From NCBI GenBank assembly GCA_943354965.1, contig CALRDN010000004.1, forward strand, positions 13,121 through 77,120: 64,000 nucleotides of DNA, in the 5' to 3' direction. The stretch comes from Candidatus Peribacteria bacterium. Lineage in GTDB: Bacteria > Patescibacteriota > Gracilibacteria > UBA1369 > UBA12463. Each line of letters opens with the position of its first letter. The stretch's first letter is position 1. Under the pieces are notes generated by a model. It was not told the origin of the DNA. It was given only the letters and a program-made list of their open reading frames with translations, and searched no databases. Position numbers and translations under genes: made by a program. This document shows positions 54,755 through 63,747 of the stretch, piece after piece.

Positions 54755-56167
54755 ATGTCATCAAAAAACCCTTCTACTCGAACCGAAAACGACGCAATCG
54801 GCAATATTGAAGTGCCCAAGAATGCCTACTATGGCTCCTTCACCACTAGAGCACTAGAAAACTTCAAGATAAGTGGAATTACCGCTCCATGTAGCTTCAG
54901 AAAGGCAATCGCCTGCGTAAAATATGCCGCTGCCGAGACAAATCTCGAACTTAAAAAACTCGACCCTACATTAGCAAAAGCCATGATTACCGCCCTGCAG
55001 GAGTTCATCGGAGGACAGTTTGATCATGAGTATATGATCGATATTTTTCAGGCAGGCGCAGGGACACCATACAACATGAACCTCAACGAAATTATCGCCA
55101 ACCGAGCCAATGAGATACTCGATCCGAAGTCCGTAAAAGGATCGTACACGCCGGTAAATCCGAATAATCATGTAAACATGGCACAGTCGAGCAACGATGC
55201 TATTCCTACGGCCGTACGTATCGCAATCGCTTGGGAGTCGGAAGATCTGCAGCAGGAGATGAAAAACTTCATCGCGGCACTCAGGAGAAAAGCAAAAAAA
55301 TTCGCCAAAATTCTCAAGGTCGGACGCACGCATTTACAAGACGCCGTACCAGTTACCCTCGGCCAAGAGTTCGAGTCGCTCGCCGTCGCCGTAGAAAAAG
55401 ACCTGGCGCAGCTGAAACACGCCACCACCCTACTCTATGAAATTGGCCTCGGGGGCACCGCACTCGGCACGGGGATCAATACTCACAAGCAGTATCAAAA
55501 ACTCGTTACACGTCACTTAGCGAAGCTCACGGGTCTTCCACTCAAACCCACCGCCAATCTCTTCGAGACGACAAGTAATATGAATGTGTTCACGAGTGTC
55601 TCATCCGCCATCAGGAATTGCGCCATCACGATGCAGCGCATCGCCCAAGACCTCAAACTTCTCAACATGGGACCACTTGGCGGTATCGGAGAAATTATCC
55701 TTCCGGAAGTCGAACCGGGTTCATCCATCATGCCGGGAAAAGTTAATCCATCTGTTCCCGAGTGCATCCAGATGATCGCCTTCCAGGTTCAGGGCAATGA
55801 CCGTGCCGTCGAACTCTGCGTCATGCACGGCCAGCTCGAGCTCAACGTGATGACCCCGTTAATTCTCAAAACACTCACGGAAAACTGCTCACTCCTCCGC
55901 AACGGACTCGAGATGTTCCGCACCTTCTGCATCGACTCAATCATCGCCAATGAAAAACGCTGCCAAGAACTCCTAGAAAAATCTCTATGCGTAGCCACCG
56001 GCCTCAATCCCTACCTCGGATATCATCTCGTCGCCGAACTCGTCAACGAAGCACTGAAGCGAAAAACATCACTTCACGCGCTCATCCTCGAGAAAAAACT
56101 TATGCCAAAAGACAAGCTGGATGAAGTTCTCAATCCAAAAAATCTCACACAGCCGAACATCGGTTAA
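54755..56167 (+). CDS. aspartate ammonia-lyase / class II fumarase family lyase (aspartase-like)
   Basis: 470 aa from ATG 54755. Signature GSSIMPGKVNPSVPE, plus QSSNDAIPTA. The VPE after KVNP is aspartase-like while the G in MPGK is fumarase-like, so specificity is unresolved. Confidence 0.85.
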   Translation: MSSKNPSTRTENDAIGNIEVPKNAYYGSFTTRALENFKISGITAPCSFRKAIACVKYAAAETNLELKKLDPTLAKAMITALQEFIGGQFDHEYMIDIFQAGAGTPYNMNLNEIIANRANEILDPKSVKGSYTPVNPNNHVNMAQSSNDAIPTAVRIAIAWESEDLQQEMKNFIAALRRKAKKFAKILKVGRTHLQDAVPVTLGQEFESLAVAVEKDLAQLKHATTLLYEIGLGGTALGTGINTHKQYQKLVTRHLAKLTGLPLKPTANLFETTSNMNVFTSVSSAIRNCAITMQRIAQDLKLLNMGPLGGIGEIILPEVEPGSSIMPGKVNPSVPECIQMIAFQVQGNDRAVELCVMHGQLELNVMTPLILKTLTENCSLLRNGLEMFRTFCIDSIIANEKRCQELLEKSLCVATGLNPYLGYHLVAELVNEALKRKTSLHALILEKKLMPKDKLDEVLNPKNLTQPNIG

Positions 56168-56169
56168 AT

Positions 56170-57432
56170 TTAGACCAAATCCCCCACCCCGGCCACATCG
56201 GTCAACACCGCGGACTCCACTCCACGCGCGATCAACGCTGCGGCAATTCCAGGTAACTCTTTGCGATCATTGAACAATAACGCCGCATTCAACCTAAATA
56301 CTTTTGAGCCGTGTGTTAGTACCGTGATATACATTTGCTGACCGGCTCCAGGGCGTGCCACGGGCAAGATTTTCTCTCTAAACTCCTTCTCGCTTCCATG
56401 AAACACTCCGGTAAAACTGAGTAATGATTTTTTGATAATATTATTTCGAGCCAAGAAATCATAAACCGTCATGCCAGTCATACGGAAGTTCGGATCCACA
56501 AAATAAAATCGTTCGTCTTCAGTCATCAAGATATCAAAACCTCCCACTCCATACCATCCACGACGTCGTACCTCAGGCAAAATCTTCTCCAACAATACTT
56601 TATTTAATGGCTCAAAAAGCGGATCTTCCAAGCAATCTTCAATAATGCCACCCAAAAATGATCCATTCGGAGCAATCAACTGCTCGTGCCAGTTAATAAT
56701 TTCAATATCTTTTGAATTGTCATGCGGTACGCCGAACTGCACAGCAAAATTTCGATGAATTTTCACATACTCGCTCGCCTGAATCATACCCTCCAAGTGA
56801 CCAAAATCAGCAACTGCCCTATCTAAATCCTCCTGCGTGTGACAAATTCTCACACCATCACCGGATGAAGATGAAGTTACCTTGATAACACATGGAAGTG
56901 GCAACTGATTCACCTGTTGAAAACAAGCTCCATCCATAAACTCCTCATAAATCTCAGGTAAATACGCCTTCGGAATATATGAACTCATATTTCTCTTATC
57001 GTTCAACCAAATACTTCGATGTGGCGGAATCTGGAAAAATTCTTTGGCGCGAGGGTCCAAATACGGCTGTGCCATAACCAATTTATGCGGCTCAGCTAAA
57101 TCAAATAATGCATTTTTAATTAATTTATTTCTCTTGGAACCTCTCACTTTTCCCGTAATATTTTTTGGCAATAAAATAATCTGTTTTCTATCGACGCGAA
57201 TCACATCCAAATCATCTTTCAAAATTCGAAACGGTACACTATCCAAACATGCTGTGAAACATACCACCTTCACATTAGGACCAGCACACACCATCGGCCT
57301 TCCCGAAACCATCTCCTCTATCTCCGGCGGAACACCATTAAAAAAATGAGAATCCTCATCAGCAGGATATCCATAGAAATACTCCGTACCTTCCGGGAAA
57401 TAGCGAGAGAGTGAATATTTAGGTAATGACAT
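56170..57432 (-). CDS. ATP-grasp-type ligase, uncharacterised family (paralog 1)
   Basis: 420 aa from ATG 57432. PCVIKVTSSSSGDGVRI, GWYGVGGFDILMTEDERFYFVDPNFRMTG. The N-terminal ~150 aa (FFNGVPPEIEEMV, VCAGPNVK) match no domain I recognise. Confidence 0.8.
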   Translation of the reverse strand: MSLPKYSLSRYFPEGTEYFYGYPADEDSHFFNGVPPEIEEMVSGRPMVCAGPNVKVVCFTACLDSVPFRILKDDLDVIRVDRKQIILLPKNITGKVRGSKRNKLIKNALFDLAEPHKLVMAQPYLDPRAKEFFQIPPHRSIWLNDKRNMSSYIPKAYLPEIYEEFMDGACFQQVNQLPLPCVIKVTSSSSGDGVRICHTQEDLDRAVADFGHLEGMIQASEYVKIHRNFAVQFGVPHDNSKDIEIINWHEQLIAPNGSFLGGIIEDCLEDPLFEPLNKVLLEKILPEVRRRGWYGVGGFDILMTEDERFYFVDPNFRMTGMTVYDFLARNNIIKKSLLSFTGVFHGSEKEFREKILPVARPGAGQQMYITVLTHGSKVFRLNAALLFNDRKELPGIAAALIARGVESAVLTDVAGVGDLV

Positions 57433-57541
57433 GAAAGTTAAAAAACGAATAGGAATAGGCAAAAACAACGAAAATAGTATACATCATTATAAGAGAAAAA
57501 GCTAGTTCAGGGACTGGAAATACCCCCAAAAGCCGAGTAAA

Positions 57542-58885
57542 ATGTATGCAATGAATAAAAGCACAAAAGACCGCAGCCAGAAGCTCGTCCTCAAGCTCCT
57601 CCAAGAAAAACCACGAGGGACAAAAGGAACGCTCGTTCATATTGCAAAGAACATAATCTCGCAGAGGAAAGCCCTTATGGAACATGCTGCAGCCCACCGG
57701 TCCCCTCTCTATCTCATTGATGAGAATCATCTCCATAGTGATGTGCAGGCCTTCATGAAGGGATTTGACGCACACCTTCCCGGCCACGAGGCCTATTACG
57801 CGGTGAAGGCAAACTATCATCCATTTATTCTCAAAAAAGTAGTTCAGGATGGGCTCGGTCTCGATGTCTCAAGTGAGCGAGAACTAAAACTCGCCCTAGA
57901 GGCAGGTGCCAAAAAAATCCTCTTCAGCGGTCCAGGAAAAAGCGAACAAGATCTACAACTCGCCCTAAAACACGCCGATATTCTTACGGTGAATATGGAC
58001 AGTTTCGAGGAACTCGATCGTCTAGGAAAACTCACCAATCAAACCAAAACGCATATCCGTGCCGGAATACGTTTTTTTTCCTCCGTTCACGGAGCCTGGT
58101 CGAAATTCGGCATACCCCTCAACCAACTCAAAAAATTTTGGACCACGGCAGAAAAATACCCCTATATTCATCTCGAAGGACTTCACTTCCATATAAGCCT
58201 CAATCTCAAATCAGAAAAATACTCGCAAGTTCTCCGTGAACTCGCCGCATATTTAGAAAAAGATTTCACGAAAAAATTACGAGAAAAAATTAAGTTCATC
58301 GATATTGGAGGTGGCTATTATCCCGACAACGTCGAGGGATTTTATCCTTGGTCCGATCACTACCCATGGACACTTTCCGGCGGCCACATCAAGAAACTCG
58401 CCCATGAATACTACGGAGAAAAAGCATCGTTCAAAGACAAATACTTCATCACCCGAGCTGAGTCCCAAGAAGAAATGGCAAAAAAAATCGGCCAAACCAT
58501 AGAGAAGCATCTGAAGAAACTCGTTAACTGCGTCTACTACACCGAACCAGGCCGTATACTCGTCAACAACTCCACCTACATCATCGGAACCGTCATGGAC
58601 GTGAAGGACAAGGTCGTCATTACGGATATAGGTATCAACGCTACGGGCTGGGAGTTCGGGCAACACTTCTATATGCCAATTGTGAATCTCACCCACCCGG
58701 ATACAAAGGAAAAAGAAATACTCGTTTATGGATCCCTCTGCACTCCGCGAGACTTCTGGGGATATTACATTTATGCCAAAACCGTGAAAACAGGTGACCT
58801 CATCGTCATCCCAAATCAGGGCGCCTACAAGTTCACACTCGCGCAAACGTTCATCAAGGAGATTCCCCCAACGTTTACAATCTAG
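57542..58885 (+). CDS. PLP-dependent decarboxylase, Orn/DAP/Arg (alanine-racemase-fold, group IV) family
   Basis: 447 aa. YAVKANYHP (PLP lysine), GLHFHISL, DIGGGYY, TEPGRILV, GSLCTPRD. Substrate not assignable. Confidence 0.85.
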   Translation: MYAMNKSTKDRSQKLVLKLLQEKPRGTKGTLVHIAKNIISQRKALMEHAAAHRSPLYLIDENHLHSDVQAFMKGFDAHLPGHEAYYAVKANYHPFILKKVVQDGLGLDVSSERELKLALEAGAKKILFSGPGKSEQDLQLALKHADILTVNMDSFEELDRLGKLTNQTKTHIRAGIRFFSSVHGAWSKFGIPLNQLKKFWTTAEKYPYIHLEGLHFHISLNLKSEKYSQVLRELAAYLEKDFTKKLREKIKFIDIGGGYYPDNVEGFYPWSDHYPWTLSGGHIKKLAHEYYGEKASFKDKYFITRAESQEEMAKKIGQTIEKHLKKLVNCVYYTEPGRILVNNSTYIIGTVMDVKDKVVITDIGINATGWEFGQHFYMPIVNLTHPDTKEKEILVYGSLCTPRDFWGYYIYAKTVKTGDLIVIPNQGAYKFTLAQTFIKEIPPTFTI

Positions 58886-58903
58886 TTAACATCGCGACTT
58901 ATA

Positions 58904-60250
58904 TTAGAGCCTATCTGTTTTGACGAGCGTGCTCAACGAAGAAGACTCAACTCCAAGATCCAAAAGTCTCTGGGCATTTAATTTCAATGATGCAGCAGTA
59001 TCAAACAAAATTCCCGCATTGAAACGGAAGAGTCCGTCACGATGTGTAAGGGCGATAACACTCATGATCTGATCGCTGTGTCCTTTTCGTCCCAGTGGGG
59101 CAATCTTATTCAAGAAATCATCATAAGAGCCACGGAACAATCCGGCAAAACTAGCAGTAGCATGCGAAACCTGATGCGTCTGGTGCAAATAAATAAACGT
59201 AAACGTCGCCGTCATACGGAAGTTCGAATCGATGAAGTAGAACTCATTCTCATCAACAATCAAAACATCAATACCTCCAACACCGTACCAACCCATCGAA
59301 CGAACCTTCGGAAGAATTTCATTCAAGAGAACCTTGTTGACGTTTTCTATACCGGAAACTGTCTTCGAAGGATCTACAATTCCAGCCAAAAATCCACCAT
59401 GCTCCGTCGTCACCTGCTCATTATATCCAAGCATTTGAATTGGCTGAGTAGGATCCGCAGGAATACCGAATTGGACACATAAATTATGAGCACTCCGTAT
59501 AAACTGCTCAATAATAATCGTCGTAGTGATATTAGAAAATTCCTTCTTGATCGCCTCAAGCTCGGCCTGATCCATGGCGATACGTACGCCATCTCCGGAA
59601 CTGGAAGAAGAGACTTTGATAACCGATGGGAATGGAATATTCGCTGTGGATTGAGCAAACTCTTGACCATTCATATACGTTCCCAAAATCTTCGGTACGT
59701 ATTTTTCTGAAATGTACTGCTCTCTACTAAATTTATCATTAAGATTAATCGTTACCCTAGGAGGAATCTGATACAGGTGCTGAAGATGTTCATCCATGAA
59801 TGGTTGCGCCTGAATAAGCTGTCCCGAAGAAAGAGATGAAGCAATGGACTCCTTCACAAGACGGTTTCTCTCTTCTCCGGAAATATGATTTGTTACCGCG
59901 CTGGAAAGACGAATAGCCGAGCTCTTCTCTATCAATTCGACACCAAAATGCTGTGTCATGATATCCCATGTCAACGGATCCATTGATGGAGAAAATACAA
60001 CGCCTTTTACATTCGGACCAGCACATACGAGGCTTCGTGCAGCCACTAACTCTTCCATCCACGGCGGAACCCCATTGAAAAAGCTCGAGTCCTGACCCGA
60101 TGGAAATGAATAAAAATAAGCCGTATTGGAAGGAAAAAACTCTGACAACCCCTGAAAAGTTCGGGGAGTTGGAGTTGGATGAACGAGTTGAGATGAGCTG
60201 AGAGTAGGTGCGTATCCGTTTCTGATCTGTAAGGCTCCAATAGGTGTCAT
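58904..60250 (-). CDS. ATP-grasp-type ligase, uncharacterised family (paralog 2)
   Basis: 448 aa, collinear with paralog 1. FFNGVPPWMEELV, VCAGPNVK, PSVIKVSSSSSGDGVRI, GWYGVGGIDVLIVDENEFYFIDSNFRMTA. Confidence 0.8.
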   Translation of the reverse strand: MTPIGALQIRNGYAPTLSSSQLVHPTPTPRTFQGLSEFFPSNTAYFYSFPSGQDSSFFNGVPPWMEELVAARSLVCAGPNVKGVVFSPSMDPLTWDIMTQHFGVELIEKSSAIRLSSAVTNHISGEERNRLVKESIASSLSSGQLIQAQPFMDEHLQHLYQIPPRVTINLNDKFSREQYISEKYVPKILGTYMNGQEFAQSTANIPFPSVIKVSSSSSGDGVRIAMDQAELEAIKKEFSNITTTIIIEQFIRSAHNLCVQFGIPADPTQPIQMLGYNEQVTTEHGGFLAGIVDPSKTVSGIENVNKVLLNEILPKVRSMGWYGVGGIDVLIVDENEFYFIDSNFRMTATFTFIYLHQTHQVSHATASFAGLFRGSYDDFLNKIAPLGRKGHSDQIMSVIALTHRDGLFRFNAGILFDTAASLKLNAQRLLDLGVESSSLSTLVKTDRL

Positions 60251-60430
60251 ATAATGACATAAAGAAATAAAACCATCCGACGAGTAGCGTACGAAAAAAC
60301 GCCACAGAATATCAATTCTTATGGGACTATAGGTAGCTGTCTCTCAACCGCCGCGGCGGGTAAAGGATCTTCCGAAAAATGTTCGAGTTGAGAGTTCATA
60401 ACGATTTTTATCGCAAGAAACGTTATCCCC

Positions 60431-60497
60431 GAACAAAATAAAAATCAAGAGAAAATAGAGCATTGTAGCTTAAGTTTGGCTACAGGATGCTCTATTT
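60431..60497 (-). terminator. intrinsic terminator downstream of the 187-aa gene
   Basis: The 17-nt arm AAATAGAGCATTGTAGC (60453..60469) pairs with GCTACAggATGCTCTATTT (60479..60497). On the minus strand it is followed by UCUCUUGAUUUUUAUUUUG. Confidence 0.7.
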
Positions 60498-60522
60498 ACA
60501 CTTCGACAAATACGTCGTTATG

Positions 60523-61086
60523 TTAGTACTCCAGAAGTCCCCTCTTGCGAAGCTGCTCATGGGCCCCTACCCCACCCCACGTAGCTACGGCACGTTTAAT
60601 GCCCATAGTCTGAAGCGATCGACCAGGGTTACCTCCCTTCAACGGTCTACCATTCTTATCCAAAGGAGGAAGTTCAATATGCCAGTTTTCACCGCCCCAG
60701 TTATCCTCCCTGTTCGCCTGTGTATCGGAGAACATCGTCGCCCCTACAGCAACTGCCGTATGGAAGAAGATTCTCTGATAATCGCGCCACGTAGTCCATA
60801 AATTCCACGTAATCATATCAACAAGCTGATCCACCGTGACATCATCGCCAACCTCAAGCTGTCTTCTCAAATGATCCTGAAGCTGCTTATTGATCCTAAC
60901 TTGTCCACGATACTCATCATAATTTTTAGGATCCTCCATGTAGTCCATCGCGCCCTGTACGCCGATATCGCCAGGATTACGATTATCAATACCTTTAAAC
61001 TTCGGAAGCTTCTCGAGCACCACCGGACGCTCATGAAAAGGACGCGTATCATTACTATAAGCAGAAGGAAAACCATCGAATGCCAT
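60523..61086 (-). CDS. hypothetical protein (187 aa), no recognisable domain
   Basis: Clean ORF with its own promoter-like element and terminator. Trp-rich (ITWNLWTTWRDY, DNWGGENWH). Confidence 0.7.
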   Translation of the reverse strand: MAFDGFPSAYSNDTRPFHERPVVLEKLPKFKGIDNRNPGDIGVQGAMDYMEDPKNYDEYRGQVRINKQLQDHLRRQLEVGDDVTVDQLVDMITWNLWTTWRDYQRIFFHTAVAVGATMFSDTQANREDNWGGENWHIELPPLDKNGRPLKGGNPGRSLQTMGIKRAVATWGGVGAHEQLRKRGLLEY

Positions 61087-61119
61087 AAAAGTATGGGTAA
61101 AATAATAGCCTGGATGAAA

Positions 61120-61149
61120 ATCCTACTGCATGGCTATGAAGATTGTCAA
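61120..61149 (-). promoter_or_regulatory. promoter-like TTGACA-18-TAGGAT upstream of the 187-aa gene
   Basis: Minus strand: -35 is the reverse complement of 61144..61149, and -10 is the reverse complement of 61120..61125. Confidence 0.4.
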
Positions 61150-61278
61150 ATTTATGGGATAATTCGCTGTCTCCAAGCGGACGGATACATCACACTATCA
61201 TTATCCATTTTACTAGTCCCATGCCATACATTCGGATATAGGTATAAACATACTACCCAGACTATCTTCGCCTGTCAC

Positions 61279-61917
61279 CTAGCGAACATTCTCACCAATA
61301 CGAAAGACTTTGCGAGCAAGCACTAAGGAAATACCTACGTGCACAATGAGCAATAGTCCAAATATGATATTCATCATACTCAAAGAAAGCACTCCAAACC
61401 TCACATAAGACCAGGTGACACTGAAACGATCCAGGAAGTCCTTTGTGAAAAAATACAGGATAATAAAGCTAAACTGCCACCAAGGAATCCTTTTTATATA
61501 TTTCCAGAGAAGGAAGGCTTGAGAAGCATAAAGCCAAACCCAAAAGATATTACCAAACTCGTACAACGCAAAACCGTTCTCATACATATAGTAGGTATAG
61601 AAAAATGGAGCGATGATTCCGTACCCAATAATGCCAAAAAGACTAAAATAAAGCAGAAATTGGGAAAAATACCCTCTTTTCAAGAAAAGAAGATAGTTAA
61701 GAGCAAGCAAAAAAGGATAAAGCGGGCACACTGGCACAAATATCCACAGATACATAGGGGTCTCCACGAAGTCATGAAGATCGACTCTCAGGGCTCCAAA
61801 AGTCATCGCAAAGCCGAGAACGATCAAAAACCAGAAGAAACGACGCGAAAGTGATGGCGGTAGGGTTATCACATCGAATAGTCTATCATAATGCCTTGAA
61901 GCTAAGAAATGTATCAA
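61279..61917 (-). CDS. DUF1405 (YpjA-like) polytopic membrane protein
   Basis: 212 aa with 6 hydrophobic helices. PMYLWIFVPVCPLYPF matches the DUF1405 pattern as I recall it. Confidence 0.75.
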   Translation of the reverse strand: MIHFLASRHYDRLFDVITLPPSLSRRFFWFLIVLGFAMTFGALRVDLHDFVETPMYLWIFVPVCPLYPFLLALNYLLFLKRGYFSQFLLYFSLFGIIGYGIIAPFFYTYYMYENGFALYEFGNIFWVWLYASQAFLLWKYIKRIPWWQFSFIILYFFTKDFLDRFSVTWSYVRFGVLSLSMMNIIFGLLLIVHVGISLVLARKVFRIGENVR

Positions 61918-62028
61918 TTCTCATATAAAAAACATGCACGCGCAAAAATTCACATCAAAAAAGAATCTACTCATTGACAACAGGCTCATTGCACGGCTAC
62001 AGTAACCCCGCACTAATTCAAAACACCT

Positions 62029-62199
62029 ATGTCAAACGCACACGTCAATCACCACCACGGAGTCGTACTGAGACCTACTCAGCGTCCAAAATCCAGCGTA
62101 TCAAAAAAGAAGAACAAGGCAGGAGCCAAGGTTCGTAAAGCTTCAGTTCTCGCAAACGTTGCATCAAAGAAAGCTATGCAGATGGCGAAGCTCGTCTAA
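62029..62199 (+). CDS. small highly basic protein (56 aa), hypothetical
   Basis: Below the ORF-track size cutoff. My translation: MSNAHVNHHHGVVLRPTQRPKSSVSKKKNKAGAKVRKASVLANVASKKAMQMAKLV. TTGACA at 61974..61979 lies upstream. Confidence 0.4.
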   Translation: MSNAHVNHHHGVVLRPTQRPKSSVSKKKNKAGAKVRKASVLANVASKKAMQMAKLV

Positions 62200-62259
62200 A
62201 GTTTCACACAATTGCATCCTAGGCTGTACCTCATTACACCTTAAGGCTATACTTTCAGT

Positions 62260-63243
62260 ATGTTTTTTCGCGCGCGGACAAAAAAGAGCTCAAGTCATCA
62301 GGCACGATACGGTAGAGGCCTCGTTTTGACGAGCCGTTCGTCGCGTCGTACGCCCCGAACAAGCGGCAAAAGCCTCATCTCAAATCTCTCACTCCCCTCT
62401 CTTACATCGGTAAAAAGAGTTCTTCTCGCGATGATTGCCATTGGCATAGTAGGAGCGGTTTCCTATTTCGTCTGGTTCTCGGGATATTTCAAAATTACCA
62501 AAATCTACGTTCAATATGAGGAGTTTCAAAATGAAAACAGTGACATTCTAAATTATTTCGACACCCTCAAGGGAAAAAATTACCTATTCACTGACCCAGC
62601 AGAGAAAAAAACTGATATCCAAAAAGCTCATCCGGAGATCAGTAATATTATCATTCAAAAAATATTCCCGGACACTATCAAAATTAGTTTCACCGAGTTC
62701 CCTATTACCGCCAACGTCGAATCAATCGTAAATGGAAAATCGGTAGAAAAAGTGCTCATCAACTCGGTAGGAATGGTTATATATCACGATACGGAAAACC
62801 CAAATCTTCCCTATATCAAGATGATAACAACAGCCGAAATTGATGATACTATGACGCTTCCGTCAGTCGAAGTACCCGGCGAAAATAGCACGCCACCTGC
62901 ACCGATCGTACCTCCGACGCCAACACAACCAGCAGAAAAACCACTTCCGGTTATTTCTCAAGAATATCTCACCTATATGCTCAGCGCGACAAAAAGTTTC
63001 GAGGAACGATTTGGCATGAAAATTACAGAGTTACAACTTCTCCCGCAGGCACGAGAGCTGCATTTCAAAACAGAAAAAAACTTCGAAATATGGCTTGATA
63101 TTCAAATTCCTTTTGAAAAGCAGTTCCTCAAACTCAAAAAAGCGATGACCACACTCGACATATACAAAACACCACTTTTCTACATCGATCTACGAGTCTC
63201 CGGAGCAAACGGCGAAAAAGTTATTTTCAAAAGAAAAAAATAG
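62260..63243 (+). CDS. ftsQ: cell division protein FtsQ/DivIB (POTRA domain)
   Basis: 327 aa. Basic cytoplasmic N-terminus, one TM helix, POTRA-like ITKIYVQYEEFQNENSDILNYF, and a Pro-rich insert. Confidence 0.8.
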   Translation: MFFRARTKKSSSHQARYGRGLVLTSRSSRRTPRTSGKSLISNLSLPSLTSVKRVLLAMIAIGIVGAVSYFVWFSGYFKITKIYVQYEEFQNENSDILNYFDTLKGKNYLFTDPAEKKTDIQKAHPEISNIIIQKIFPDTIKISFTEFPITANVESIVNGKSVEKVLINSVGMVIYHDTENPNLPYIKMITTAEIDDTMTLPSVEVPGENSTPPAPIVPPTPTQPAEKPLPVISQEYLTYMLSATKSFEERFGMKITELQLLPQARELHFKTEKNFEIWLDIQIPFEKQFLKLKKAMTTLDIYKTPLFYIDLRVSGANGEKVIFKRKK

Positions 63244-63295
63244 GGTATCATAGGGGCGAAAGACAAAAGTATCTCAATCCCTAAAACACCACTTC

Positions 63296-63679
63296 ATGGT
63301 TTGGGCTCTCCTCGGCATTCTCATCGGCATCTTGCTCGGACTCGGTATTGATTATACGATTCCATTTGCCTATACCAAGTTCACGGCCGTCGTGCTCGTG
63401 GGTATTCTAGATGCGCTTTTTGGAGCCATTCGCGCCGAAGTAACCAAGGATCAGTACGATGCTATGATCTTCATCTCGGGACTTTTCTTCAACATTATTC
63501 TCGCCCTCGTTATTACCTATCTCGGTGACAAACTAGGTCTCGACCTCTATCTCGCTGCCACGGTCGTCTTCACCTTCAGAATCTTCTCAAACGTAGGTAT
63601 CACACGCCGCGCCCTCCTCACTCGACTTCTCGAGAAACGTAAAAAAGTGAAGGAAGAAAACAGTATAGTAACTTTGTAA
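63296..63679 (+). CDS. small basic membrane protein, DUF1290 (Sbp-like)
   Basis: 127 aa. Its position downstream of ftsQ matches division clusters in Firmicutes. LDALFGAIRA motif. Confidence 0.75.
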   Translation: MVWALLGILIGILLGLGIDYTIPFAYTKFTAVVLVGILDALFGAIRAEVTKDQYDAMIFISGLFFNIILALVITYLGDKLGLDLYLAATVVFTFRIFSNVGITRRALLTRLLEKRKKVKEENSIVTL

Positions 63680-63747
63680 AGGGCATGGGTTTGAGAAAAT
63701 GGCTAAAAAATGCTATAATACACCTAACATCGTAAACAAAAATAAAC

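Noticed and set aside
56170-60399. Graspetide/microviridin-type RiPP cluster (two ATP-grasp ligases plus a small precursor)
   Set aside because: The only nearby small ORF (26 aa, 60319..60399) has no Shine-Dalgarno sequence and no Thr/Ser-Lys-Asp/Glu core of the kind cross-linked in graspetides. The ligases carry large unknown N-terminal domains, and a PLP decarboxylase is not part of such clusters.
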